Shown: in pieces, positions 17,169 through 25,493 of the stretch
Position numbering within the stretch: position 1 is the stretch's first letter
How the letters are laid out: every line of letters starts with the position of its first letter
Origin: Nitrospiraceae bacterium
Lineage (GTDB): Bacteria; Nitrospirota; Thermodesulfovibrionia; Thermodesulfovibrionales; UBA6898
Assembly (NCBI GenBank): GCA_020347665.1
Contig: CP070737.1
Span: forward strand, 1,190,055-1,254,054
Length of the DNA stretch: 64,000 nt
Direction: 5' to 3'
Translations under genes and position numbers: made by a program
The notes under the pieces: generated by a model
Databases searched by the model: none
Told to the model about the DNA's origin: nothing
The model's input: the letters and a program-made list of their open reading frames with translations, nothing else

Positions 17169-17858
17169 ATGATTGTGCGCTTGTTGTTAATAGAAGACGA
17201 TATTAAGATTGCAAATTTTATAAAAAGCGGCCTTAAGTCTGAAGGCTTTGCGGTTGACTATGCGGACAATGGTGAGGACGGATTGCATCTTGCGTTAACA
17301 GAGCCGTACGATCTGGCTATTATTGATTTGATGCTGCCGAAAATCGAGGGCTTAACGATCATTGAGAAAATACGTCAGAACAATCTGAATACTCCTATTA
17401 TTATCTTAAGCGCGAAAAGATCAGTAGACGACCGCGTACAGGGACTCAAAATAGGAAGTGACGATTACTTGGTAAAACCGTTTGCCTTCTCAGAACTTCT
17501 TGCCCGGGTGCGGGCGTTGATTAGACGATCAAGCAAGGCTACCGACACCTCCCGGCTGGTGTATAGTGATTTGACAATGGATCTGTACAGTCATAAAGTT
17601 GTTAGAGGGGAAGCAGAAATTCACCTGCAACCTCTTGAGTTTTCTCTTCTTGAGTATTTAATGCGTAATGCGGAGAGGGTTGTTTCGAGAACGATGATAA
17701 TGGAGCATGTTTGGGATTACAATTTTGATCCTCAGGCGAATGTTGTAGAAGCTAGAATATGCTACCTGAGGGATAAGATTGATAAGAATCATGACAAAAA
17801 GTTGATTCATACGGTGAGAGGCGTGGGCTATGTCCTTAGAGAAAATAATCAAGCTTAA
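17169..17858 (+). CDS. OmpR/PhoB-family response regulator (receiver plus winged-helix)
   Basis: LLLIEDD..., DLAIIDLMLP, DDYLVKPF and the C-terminal trans_reg_C segment IHTVRGVGY. The start could instead be GTG 17175. Confidence 0.88.
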   Translation: MIVRLLLIEDDIKIANFIKSGLKSEGFAVDYADNGEDGLHLALTEPYDLAIIDLMLPKIEGLTIIEKIRQNNLNTPIIILSAKRSVDDRVQGLKIGSDDYLVKPFAFSELLARVRALIRRSSKATDTSRLVYSDLTMDLYSHKVVRGEAEIHLQPLEFSLLEYLMRNAERVVSRTMIMEHVWDYNFDPQANVVEARICYLRDKIDKNHDKKLIHTVRGVGYVLRENNQA

Positions 17859-19254
17859 GAATACGTTGCTCTTTCGCTTGACTGTCTTATACGCAGGGAT
17901 CTTTACCCTTTCATCTGTCCTGATCTTTTTTGCCATTTACTTTAAGATCCATTCTGTCGCCATTAAAGATATGGATGAGGAGTTTCTTGATGAGATTTCT
18001 CAGTACTCTGAGAATATGTCTCGTGGTGGATTAGAAGTAATAGTAACTAAGATAGAAGAAATGGCTGAGTTAGAAGACCCAAATGAGGAATTTTACCGAA
18101 TTATTACTTTTGAAGGGGAAGTTTTATTTTCAACAAACATGTCAGAATGGGGTTCGCCGGATTTTTATGATATTCCGGAAGCAATACGACAGGGTGAAAC
18201 TCATCACGTGTTTAATACACTGAAAATTCAGGGGCGTGACCATAAAGCACGCCTGGTCTCGGCTGTTATCGGTCCCGGCACTGTGTTGCAAATTGGGGAA
18301 GCACTTGAAGAAACAGAAGAATACCTCGACATTTTTCTTTCATGGTTTCTCATTCTGATCATTATCGTAATGGTATTTTCTGCGTTTCTGGGGTGGTTTA
18401 TGGCACGGCGGGCGCTTCAGGATATGGAAGAGGTGACGAAAACAGCGACGGAAATATCGAACGGAGCATATGACAAAAGGGTGCATCTGAGAGATCAATA
18501 TGAAGAAATACAGCGGCTCGGAGGAACGTTTAATATCATGTTGGACCGTATTCAGAATTTGCTGCAGTCGATGAGAGAAGTGAATGATAATATCGCACAT
18601 GACCTGAGAAGCCCTCTCGCACGAATTCGGGGTATTGCTGAGATAAATTTGATGAATAGAAAGACAATAGACGACTATAAAAATATGGCAGCCAGTATTG
18701 TGGAAGAGTGCGATAGTCTTATTGATATCATTAACACAATGATGGATATAACTGAAATCGAATCTGGCATAAACAAGCCTGAGCTTGAAGAGATAGACAT
18801 TACGCGACTTATACATGACGCTGTTGAAATCTTTAAACCGTTGGCTGACGAGAAAAGATTACGTTTAAATGTGCACATGGAAGATAAACTGATATTTTAC
18901 GGGGACAGAAAGAAGTTACAACGTATGGTCAGTAATCTTCTTGACAATGCTATTAAGTATACGCCTGAGGGAGGAAGTGTTTCAGTCACGGCATTAACAG
19001 AGAACGCAATGCTTCGTATCGTCTTTGAAGACACCGGAATAGGCATCTCTGATACCGATATTCCCCGTATTTTTGAACGATTCTATAGATGCGATAAAAG
19101 CCGATCACAGGGAGGTATCGGCCTTGGTCTCAGCCTGGCTAAAGCGTTCGCCGAGGCTATGCATGGTACCATAAGAGTCAAAAGTATCCTGAACCGGGGC
19201 AGTGCATTTACTGTCTCGTTCCCGGAACACCAGAGTCCTGGAACCGTATCATAG
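17830..19254 (+). CDS. sensor histidine kinase (2 TM, periplasmic loop, HAMP, HisKA, HATPase_c)
   Basis: H-box NIAHDLRSPL, N-box LDNAIKYT, and DTGIGIS and GGIGLGLS boxes. Overlaps the regulator gene by 29 nt. Confidence 0.88.
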   Translation: MSLEKIIKLKNTLLFRLTVLYAGIFTLSSVLIFFAIYFKIHSVAIKDMDEEFLDEISQYSENMSRGGLEVIVTKIEEMAELEDPNEEFYRIITFEGEVLFSTNMSEWGSPDFYDIPEAIRQGETHHVFNTLKIQGRDHKARLVSAVIGPGTVLQIGEALEETEEYLDIFLSWFLILIIIVMVFSAFLGWFMARRALQDMEEVTKTATEISNGAYDKRVHLRDQYEEIQRLGGTFNIMLDRIQNLLQSMREVNDNIAHDLRSPLARIRGIAEINLMNRKTIDDYKNMAASIVEECDSLIDIINTMMDITEIESGINKPELEEIDITRLIHDAVEIFKPLADEKRLRLNVHMEDKLIFYGDRKKLQRMVSNLLDNAIKYTPEGGSVSVTALTENAMLRIVFEDTGIGISDTDIPRIFERFYRCDKSRSQGGIGLGLSLAKAFAEAMHGTIRVKSILNRGSAFTVSFPEHQSPGTVS

Positions 19255-19428
19255 GTATCGATCAAACAGGGTGTTTGAAACTAGCTGTAGGCCCACATGC
19301 CTTTCTTTTTAAGGAGTTACCGCTTCAAGATTCTTTCTTGTCAATTATTCTGGAAATCCATATTCTTGATAATTCAGAATATGATGTATCTCATATGGTA
19401 AGCACTGAAGTTTTGTTATAATAAATGC

Positions 19429-19674
19429 ATGGCATTGAAAGAGAGTTGTCCGGGAAGCAGAGAAATAAGAAGCCCGTATCCTGAAGAAGTGCAGTGCTTC
19501 TGGTGTGAAACGGTTAATGAGATTTGGACGGATGAAGTCGAAACGGAATGCAAGAAGTGTCGCAAGAAGGTTACGCGCGAAATGCGGCCTTCATGTATCG
19601 AATGGTGTCCGGCTGCGAAAGAATGCGTCGGAGCGGAAAAATATGAACGGCTGATGAAGGCCGTCAAAAAATAA
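19429..19674 (+). CDS. small cysteine-rich (8 Cys) zinc-ribbon-like protein, function unknown
   Basis: CFWC...CKKC ribbon followed by C-x3-C-x5-C (CIEWCPAAKEC). Confidence 0.5.
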   Translation: MALKESCPGSREIRSPYPEEVQCFWCETVNEIWTDEVETECKKCRKKVTREMRPSCIEWCPAAKECVGAEKYERLMKAVKK

Positions 19675-19738
19675 GCATCTCTTCAACGACCTTTCCTGCT
19701 TGAGATTCTACTTCGTGTGCTCTCTATTACGAATGTTC

Positions 19739-19939
19739 TTATGCTTTTGTAACGTTAACCGCTTTCAGCCCTTTAGGCCCTTCAACCGTCTCAAACGTCA
19801 CTGGATCTCCTTCGACGAGCGACTTGAAACCATCGGACTTAATTTCTGAATAATGGACGAAAACATCTCCTCCATCTTCCTTTGTGATAAATCCGTACCC
19901 CTTTGCATCGTTGAACCACTTTACTGTCCCTTTTAACAT
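19739..19939 (-). CDS. cold-shock protein (CspA family)
   Basis: [15 protein letters not shown] (RNP1) and VFVHYS (RNP2). Confidence 0.93.
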   Translation of the reverse strand: MLKGTVKWFNDAKGYGFITKEDGGDVFVHYSEIKSDGFKSLVEGDPVTFETVEGPKGLKAVNVTKA

Positions 19940-20062
19940 GCTACTAAGTCCTCCTAAAAGATAATTAAAGATTTCAGAAATTAAGGTGTAAAGAAGCCAG
20001 AGGGTCCTAAAAGGTTGCAGCTCTGATTTTTACTACACAACTTCTGAAACTTCACGAAAAAA

Positions 20063-20091
20063 TTATTACATATTGATTCATATCAGGTCAA
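20063..20091 (-). promoter_or_regulatory. sigma70-like promoter candidate for the cold-shock gene, implying a 5' UTR of >100 nt
   Basis: On the minus strand: TTGACC (20091-20086), 17-nt spacer, TAATAA (20068-20063). Confidence 0.4.
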
Positions 20092-20186
20092 GAATTATTT
20101 GCAGAGTTTTCGGGTGCGCAAAATCACCCATTTTTTACTGTGTTACGGAATGTTGCATTTATGAAAAGAAGTTCCTCATGGCTCCT

Positions 20187-21071
20187 TCAATGCGTTGTAA
20201 CGATAAGGATAAAGCCAGCAAACATGAGGGCAGCTCCAAGCGCCCTGCTTCTGATATCGGTCTCCCTGAAGAAGATATACCCGTAAAAAACTCCGATGAG
20301 CAGGCTCGTTCTTTTAACCGATATCATATAAGCAACCTTGGTGAGCTTCATCGCAATCATATGTGTCGCTATCATCACTGCAAAAAAGAACCCGGGCAGT
20401 ATTACTGACCTGTACATTTTTCCTTTAACAAAAGGCTTCAACTCGGACTTTCCCATCCAGAGTCCTATAGGGGCAAAGCAGAGTGTAACACCGATAAAGT
20501 AGGTTATACCGAAAAAAAGGGGTGACGAGTGTTCTATCGCCATTTTTCCGAGAGATGACGTGATACTATAAAGCAGAGCAACACAGATCATCATGACAGA
20601 GCCTCTTTCTCTGGTTATGGCCTTCAGTGGTTCGAGGATCCCTTTGCTTATTTTATGTATGTGGAGCAGGTAGCTTCCGGCGGCTATAAGGAGAATCCCG
20701 GCACCACCCCTTACAGACACTTTTTCACCAAGGAGGAGATAGGAAACAGCGATCAAAAAAACAGGAGTCAGTGCAAGGAATGGCAGTGTCAGACTGAGTG
20801 GTGATACCTTGAGCGCTTTAATATAGAGAACAATCGTTATAAGCTCAATAGGCAAAGCGCAGATAAACGCAATGAAAAATATGTTATCAAGCTGAGGTAC
20901 CGGAATGAAAAACCAGGTAATGATGAGAAAGGGCAGTGAAAAGAAGAGCCTGAACCATGCTACAAGATACTCATTCGAGTCAGTCAGAGCCTTTTTGGTC
21001 AGAGCATCACTTGTTGCCAGAGAAAAAGCCGTTACCAGCGACAAAATTACCCAGAGCGGTAGCATAGCCAT
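20187..21071 (-). CDS. EamA/DMT-superfamily transporter
   Basis: 10 predicted TM helices arranged as two EamA-like repeats. Confidence 0.75.
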   Translation of the reverse strand: MAMLPLWVILSLVTAFSLATSDALTKKALTDSNEYLVAWFRLFFSLPFLIITWFFIPVPQLDNIFFIAFICALPIELITIVLYIKALKVSPLSLTLPFLALTPVFLIAVSYLLLGEKVSVRGGAGILLIAAGSYLLHIHKISKGILEPLKAITRERGSVMMICVALLYSITSSLGKMAIEHSSPLFFGITYFIGVTLCFAPIGLWMGKSELKPFVKGKMYRSVILPGFFFAVMIATHMIAMKLTKVAYMISVKRTSLLIGVFYGYIFFRETDIRSRALGAALMFAGFILIVTTH

Positions 21072-21106
21072 ATTGTACTGATTTGTCTTCCGAATTGTGA
21101 TAAAAT

Positions 21107-21436
21107 ATGCGTGTGAAACACGTTCTGATCATACTTTTTCTTATATCCTTGATTCTGTCCTGTAAAGAGGTCCCCAAGACCCCGGTTAAGGAGAAACCAA
21201 AAAACCCGGTTGTTGAATACGGTGATGCAATGATCAACGCGTACCAGAAAGGACAGGACGCCGGCAAAACAGGAAATCTTTTTGCGGTCAAGCAGGCTCT
21301 ACAGGCATATCATGCTGCACATGATAGATATCCCCAAAATCTCGATGAGCTGGAAGACTTAATCGGTACAGAGATCGATGCATCATTATATGATTACGAC
21401 CCCAGGACTGGAAGAGTCGCTCTCAAAAATCGCTGA
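21107..21436 (+). CDS. small lipoprotein with a pseudopilin-like (GspG-like) C-terminal segment
   Basis: Lipobox LILSC. The segment ALQAYHAAHDRYPQNLDEL resembles the type II pseudopilin core. Confidence 0.45.
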   Translation: MRVKHVLIILFLISLILSCKEVPKTPVKEKPKNPVVEYGDAMINAYQKGQDAGKTGNLFAVKQALQAYHAAHDRYPQNLDELEDLIGTEIDASLYDYDPRTGRVALKNR

Positions 21437-21546
21437 TACTGGACATTTATTTCTGATATATTCATCTACGTATGTCTTGACGTTCTTCATGACTATTTCT
21501 GCCCTGAATATGGTATCGCAATTAGACATTTAAACATGCCGTTTGT

Positions 21547-21576
21547 TTGACAAAAGAAACTTTCATATAGTATAAA
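21547..21576 (+). promoter_or_regulatory. near-consensus sigma70 promoter for the tRNA-Val/tRNA-Asp unit
   Basis: TTGACA (21547-21552), 18-nt spacer, TATAAA (21571-21576), ending 11 nt before the mature tRNA 5' end. Confidence 0.6.
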
Positions 21577-21587
21577 AAATACTCTTT

Positions 21588-21663
21588 GGGCGGATAGCTC
21601 AGCTGGGAGAGCACAGCCCTTACAAGGCTGGGGTCACAGGTTCGATCCCTGTTCCGCCTACCA
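21588..21663 (+). tRNA. tRNA-Val (anticodon UAC), CCA encoded
   Basis: Cloverleaf folded by hand: acceptor GGGCGGA/TCCGCCT, D arm GCTC/GAGC, anticodon stem CAGCC/GGCTG with loop CTTACAA, T arm ACAGG-TTCGATC-CCTGT. Confidence 0.93.
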
Positions 21664-21751
21664 TTTATTCTCAACTGAGGCAGCGGACCAGTTGAGAGAA
21701 AATGTCCCGATAATATCGGGAAGGTTACTCGCTGTGAATTCTCTATCTGCG

Positions 21752-21829
21752 GGGGCGGTAGTTCAGTTTGGTTAGAACGCCGGCCTGTCACGCCGGAGGT
21801 CGCGGGTTCGAGCCCCGTCCGCCCCGCCA
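21752..21829 (+). tRNA. tRNA-Asp (anticodon GUC), CCA encoded
   Basis: Acceptor GGGGCGG/CCGCCCC, D arm GTTC/GAAC, anticodon stem CCGGC/GCCGG with loop CTGTCAC, T arm GCGGG-TTCGAGC-CCCGT. Confidence 0.93.
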
Positions 21830-21837
21830 TTACCCTC

Positions 21838-22095
21838 ATGGAATATGTTGTCTGCATTCTCCAGAGTCAGGTTGATGGATCTTTCTACATAGGGTATACG
21901 AGCGTACCTTAAAGACAGATAAAAAGGCATAAGCAAGGCCGTTCGAAATATACAAAACCAAAACGCCCGTGGAAGCTATTATATTCAGAATATTTCGAAA
22001 CCCGGAAAGAGGCTGTTGCAAGGGAATCGAAGCTGAAATCTTTGAAAAGGAAAGATCTGCTTTCAGACCGTGTACGTCGAGACAACAGTTCGTAG
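21838..22095 (+). pseudogene. GIY-YIG nuclease family (small UPF0213/COG2827-type) gene interrupted by an in-frame TAA at 21910-21912
   Basis: MEYVVCILQSQVDGSFYIGYTSVP-stop-RQIKRHKQGRSKYTKPKRPWKLLYSEYFETRKEAVARESKLKSLKRK... All one frame, with GIY-YIG hallmarks on both sides of the stop. Starts 9 nt after tRNA-Asp. Confidence 0.65.
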
Positions 22096-22130
22096 AGTGA
22101 GAACGTCCCGACGAGTCGGACCATCTGACT

Positions 22131-22952
22131 TCATGGGGGGGATGAAAGCAGATTCATGATTGCTTTATTCCATCCCTCAGGGCCGATTCCATCCGCTTTG
22201 ATGAGGCGTGACGTATTTATTCGTTCATCATACAATCCGTTTTTATTTTGCACAATAATGGGATAGTCTACCTGTTCGAACATTGGTACATCGTTTGGGT
22301 TATCACCGATAGCAACGGTAAAGAGGTTGTCATAGACCTTACCATATAATTCTGTTAAGATTGCCACCGCTTTTCCTTTATCACTCTTTCCCATGATATG
22401 AAAATATCTTCCTGAGGTGTGGCAATATCCTGCTGCTTCAATTGAATATAGAAGTGCTAAACGCTCTTTTTCATCTCCGACATGTAAAAACACTTCATCA
22501 AATTCCCGCTCCTTCGCCATTTCAGCTTCATGCATGCTCAACCCGGTTTGCTCAGAAACTTCCCGGACGGTCATATCACCAAAACCGATGATGTGGAACC
22601 CTTTTTCCCGCAATGACTGGATAACGTTTCTGAGATCAGAATACGGTGCACCAAGAGTAACCATGTAATAATCGTCGATTTCAGACACCTCTATGACCTG
22701 ATTCATGACCGAAATGGCGAAATACCCTTTCGGAATAAATATCCCGCCACCGTTTTCTGATATAAATGGCTGCTTATTATCGATTTTTTTTTGATAATAT
22801 TCGATTTCTTTCCGTGTCTTGCTCGAACAGAGAACGAGGGGAATAGCGTTTTTTCTGAGTACCTCAAGGGCCGGGATCGCCTTCTGAAATGAATAGTCTG
22901 AATAGTCGATCAAGGTGCCGTCAAGGTCGGTAAATATCACCATGTTCTTCAT
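22131..22952 (-). CDS. HAD-IIB phosphatase of the mannosyl-/glucosyl-3-phosphoglycerate phosphatase family (MpgP/YedP-like)
   Basis: FTDLDGTL, LCSSKTR and GDNPND motifs. ~270 aa, typical of the family. Confidence 0.72.
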   Translation of the reverse strand: MKNMVIFTDLDGTLIDYSDYSFQKAIPALEVLRKNAIPLVLCSSKTRKEIEYYQKKIDNKQPFISENGGGIFIPKGYFAISVMNQVIEVSEIDDYYMVTLGAPYSDLRNVIQSLREKGFHIIGFGDMTVREVSEQTGLSMHEAEMAKEREFDEVFLHVGDEKERLALLYSIEAAGYCHTSGRYFHIMGKSDKGKAVAILTELYGKVYDNLFTVAIGDNPNDVPMFEQVDYPIIVQNKNGLYDERINTSRLIKADGIGPEGWNKAIMNLLSSPP

Positions 22953-23527
22953 TCGATTATAACCATCTGAATATCCATGACATTCGTTCCAGTCGGACCG
23001 GTAATGAAAAGGCTGTTTATTCTTTTAAAAAAATTATATGAGTCATTATTGCACAGATAATCCTCAGGATCCAGCCCTAGGTGCCGTGCTTGTGTGACGG
23101 TTTTCCCGTTAACAAAAGCGCCGGCAGCATCAGTTGGACCATCTGTGCCGTTGGTATCAGATGAAAGAAAGCTGATGCCGTCAATCCCCTGTACAGCCAC
23201 GGCAAATGAGAGGGCCAGTTCGGTATTTCTGCCGCAGAGACCGGCTTCATGAACGGTAATGGCGCCACGTGAGTTCCCTTTACAATGACCATACTTTGTT
23301 ATTACCAGGCCCTCGGTTATTAAATCTCTTAATTCATCATGTACTGCTTCTGCCATGGGACACGATGCCTTGCCAAACCCTATCAGAATCAGTTTATCGA
23401 ATTTTCCTTTTTTATAAGAGGTTCGTATCTTTGCATTGTGAGGTTTAACTGATGCATAGGGATCCACAGCGATAATGGCTGCATGAAAGACATTTCTGAG
23501 CACTGTATTATGTGAAATGCTCCCCAT
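22949..23527 (-). CDS. glycerate 2-kinase (DUF4147 + MOFRL family) remnant: first ~96 aa fused in frame to last ~96 aa
   Basis: N-part ..LIGFGKASCPMA..VITKYGH...HEAG joins directly to ..GRNTELALSFA...NGTDGPTDAAGA...NNDSYNFF...TGPTGTNVMD. Family members I recall are ~420 aa. 4-nt overlap with the phosphatase gene. Confidence 0.65.
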   Translation of the reverse strand: MGSISHNTVLRNVFHAAIIAVDPYASVKPHNAKIRTSYKKGKFDKLILIGFGKASCPMAEAVHDELRDLITEGLVITKYGHCKGNSRGAITVHEAGLCGRNTELALSFAVAVQGIDGISFLSSDTNGTDGPTDAAGAFVNGKTVTQARHLGLDPEDYLCNNDSYNFFKRINSLFITGPTGTNVMDIQMVIIE

Positions 23528-23559
23528 TGCTCAATTATACTATAGTTCTATTCTTTTTC

Positions 23560-23588
23560 TTGACCAGCACACGGGAAGCATATATACT
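23560..23588 (+). promoter_or_regulatory. sigma70-like promoter candidate for the GpgS-like gene
   Basis: TTGACC (23560-23565), 17-nt spacer, TATACT (23583-23588). The motif TTTTCTTGACCA recurs at 23611-23622. Confidence 0.45.
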
Positions 23589-23643
23589 TTAAGTAATCCT
23601 TACTTTATTTTTTTCTTGACCATAACCATAGGGGGGATAAAAA

Positions 23644-24852
23644 ATGTCGGATTTTTTTCAAACCGGTATTGTGGCCACGTTTCACAGGCTTGGTCGAAGC
23701 AACCTTGAAAAAATCGAGGCTGAATTAACGTGGTATGCCAATGAAAGACCGATTGCTTTGGTCCTGCCTTCTCTTTATGCCGAGATTGAAGGTGATGCAT
23801 TAAAGGGGATAATCAGAAAATTAAAAGAAGTAAAATATATAAAGGAAATAGTTGTTACGCTTGGTCCGGCTTCCGAAGCAGAATTTAATCGGGCAAGACA
23901 ATTTTTTTCTGATTTACCACAAGAAGTAAAAATTGTCTGGAATACGGGGGGACGGGTCACAGATATATATAATGAAATAGAATCTTCTGATCTGCCGACC
24001 GGTGAGCATGGTAAGGGCCGGTCAGCATGGATGGCCTATGGATATATCCTGTCTCAGCAGCGATTCCATGGTATCGCGCTCCATGATTGCGACATTCTGA
24101 CATACAGTAGAGATATGTTGGCACGATTATGTTATCCGGTGGTCAACCCGAATCTCGATTATGATTTTTGTAAGGGATATTACAACAGAGTAACCAATAA
24201 AATGCATGGAAGAGTGACGAGGCTGCTGGTGACCCCCCTCATAAGAGCGCTCCAAAAAATTATCGGACACCATCCCTTATTACTCTTTTTTGACAGTTTC
24301 AGGTACCCCCTTGCCGGTGAATTCGCAATGGATGTTGATTTGGCTCGGGTGAATAGAATACCCGGTGACTGGGGTTTAGAGGTTGGCGTGCTCGCAGAAG
24401 TATACAGGAATACTGCCATAAGAAGGGTGTGCCAGGTTGACATCTCGGAGAATTACGAGCATAAGCATCAGGAGTTATCACCTGATGATGCTTCTAAAGG
24501 CCTGTACAAGATGTGTGTAGACATTTCCAAATCCATTTTCCGAACACTTGCTTCAGAGGGAATTGTTTTTCCAGCGGGATTCTTTAAAACATTGTTTGCA
24601 ACGTATGTCAGTACGGCGCATGATTTCCTCAAAAGGTATGAAGATGACGCTGCAATTAACGGACTGCTCTTTGACAGGCATGATGAAACCCTTGCTATCG
24701 AGACATTTACGAATGGCATTAAAAAAGCAGCTGAGATTATTATGGAAGATCCCCTGGGAGTTCCTTTGATCGCGAGCTGGGATCGGGTCACATCTGCTAT
24801 TCCAGACATCCTTAATAAAATCCATACTGCAGTTGAAAAAGATAATAAATAA
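23644..24852 (+). CDS. gpgS: glucosyl-3-phosphoglycerate synthase-like retaining glycosyltransferase (GT81-like; could instead make mannosyl-3-phosphoglycerate)
   Basis: IALHDCDIL (DxD-type) and GRVTRLLVTPLI, resembling the GpgS loop GGRVTEL..RPLL. Divergent from an MpgP-type phosphatase gene. Confidence 0.6.
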   Translation: MSDFFQTGIVATFHRLGRSNLEKIEAELTWYANERPIALVLPSLYAEIEGDALKGIIRKLKEVKYIKEIVVTLGPASEAEFNRARQFFSDLPQEVKIVWNTGGRVTDIYNEIESSDLPTGEHGKGRSAWMAYGYILSQQRFHGIALHDCDILTYSRDMLARLCYPVVNPNLDYDFCKGYYNRVTNKMHGRVTRLLVTPLIRALQKIIGHHPLLLFFDSFRYPLAGEFAMDVDLARVNRIPGDWGLEVGVLAEVYRNTAIRRVCQVDISENYEHKHQELSPDDASKGLYKMCVDISKSIFRTLASEGIVFPAGFFKTLFATYVSTAHDFLKRYEDDAAINGLLFDRHDETLAIETFTNGIKKAAEIIMEDPLGVPLIASWDRVTSAIPDILNKIHTAVEKDNK

Positions 24853-25045
24853 TGCTTTCGGCTATACATCCGTATTTTTTTTTGCAGGGATCACATTCAA
24901 TTACCTGTTATAACGCTCATGGTGAGTGTGTTGCGGGTAAATTGGAAATAATGACGTGGTGATGTTGCATGGCGGATTCAAGGAGATATATGAAATACCA
25001 TGTATCGTCAAACATTCTGACTTCGAGAAAGGAGGACACAGGACT

Positions 25046-25441
25046 ATGAGCTTTTGGGATGGTGTTAAAAAAGACCTGCAGAAAGGTTGGAAAGAGGGCA
25101 TTGAGGCCTTTAAGGAAGGCGCGGTTGTAGTAAGAGAAAAGGCAGAGGAATTAACCGAAGAGGGAAAAAGGCGATATGCAGTGCATGAGATTAAAACAAA
25201 GGTTCAGAAGGAGATCGCTGATCTTGGCGGCAAGGTATATGAGCTCAGTTCGAAAACGGGAAATCCACTTTCGAACAAAAAGGTGCAGAACATTATTGCC
25301 CGGGTAAATAAACTTGAAACCGAGTTGAAGAGGCTTGAAAGAAAAGCAAAGATAGCAGCCGCAAAGACAACCCCCAAAAAGACAACAACCAAGAAGACAA
25401 CAAAGAAAAAGACGGTACGACGTATCGTCAAGGCAAAATAA
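25046..25441 (+). CDS. hypothetical coiled-coil protein with a Lys/Thr-rich histone-H1-like tail
   Basis: GAAAGGAGG Shine-Dalgarno before ATG 25046, so the track start at 24956 is unlikely. MSFWDGVKK... N-terminus and a C-terminal AAAKTTPKKTTTKKTTKKKT. Confidence 0.55.
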   Translation: MSFWDGVKKDLQKGWKEGIEAFKEGAVVVREKAEELTEEGKRRYAVHEIKTKVQKEIADLGGKVYELSSKTGNPLSNKKVQNIIARVNKLETELKRLERKAKIAAAKTTPKKTTTKKTTKKKTVRRIVKAK

Positions 25442-25493
25442 TCATAGACGTATAGTATTCTGTTTGTGAGCGCGGGCTTTCTGGAGGGTGAAA

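Noticed and set aside
20073-20408. 111-aa plus-strand ORF
   Set aside because: It overlaps the cold-shock promoter and leader and runs antisense into the EamA transporter gene, with no supporting features.
21522-21857. 111-aa minus-strand ORF spanning both tRNA genes
   Set aside because: It is antisense to two confidently folded tRNAs and their promoter, so it is an artefact of the six-frame translation.
23616-23643. Second TTGACC copy considered as an additional gpgS promoter
   Set aside because: It lies only 22 nt from the ATG, so any -10 would overlap the ribosome-binding site. It is more likely part of a duplicated motif than a functional promoter.
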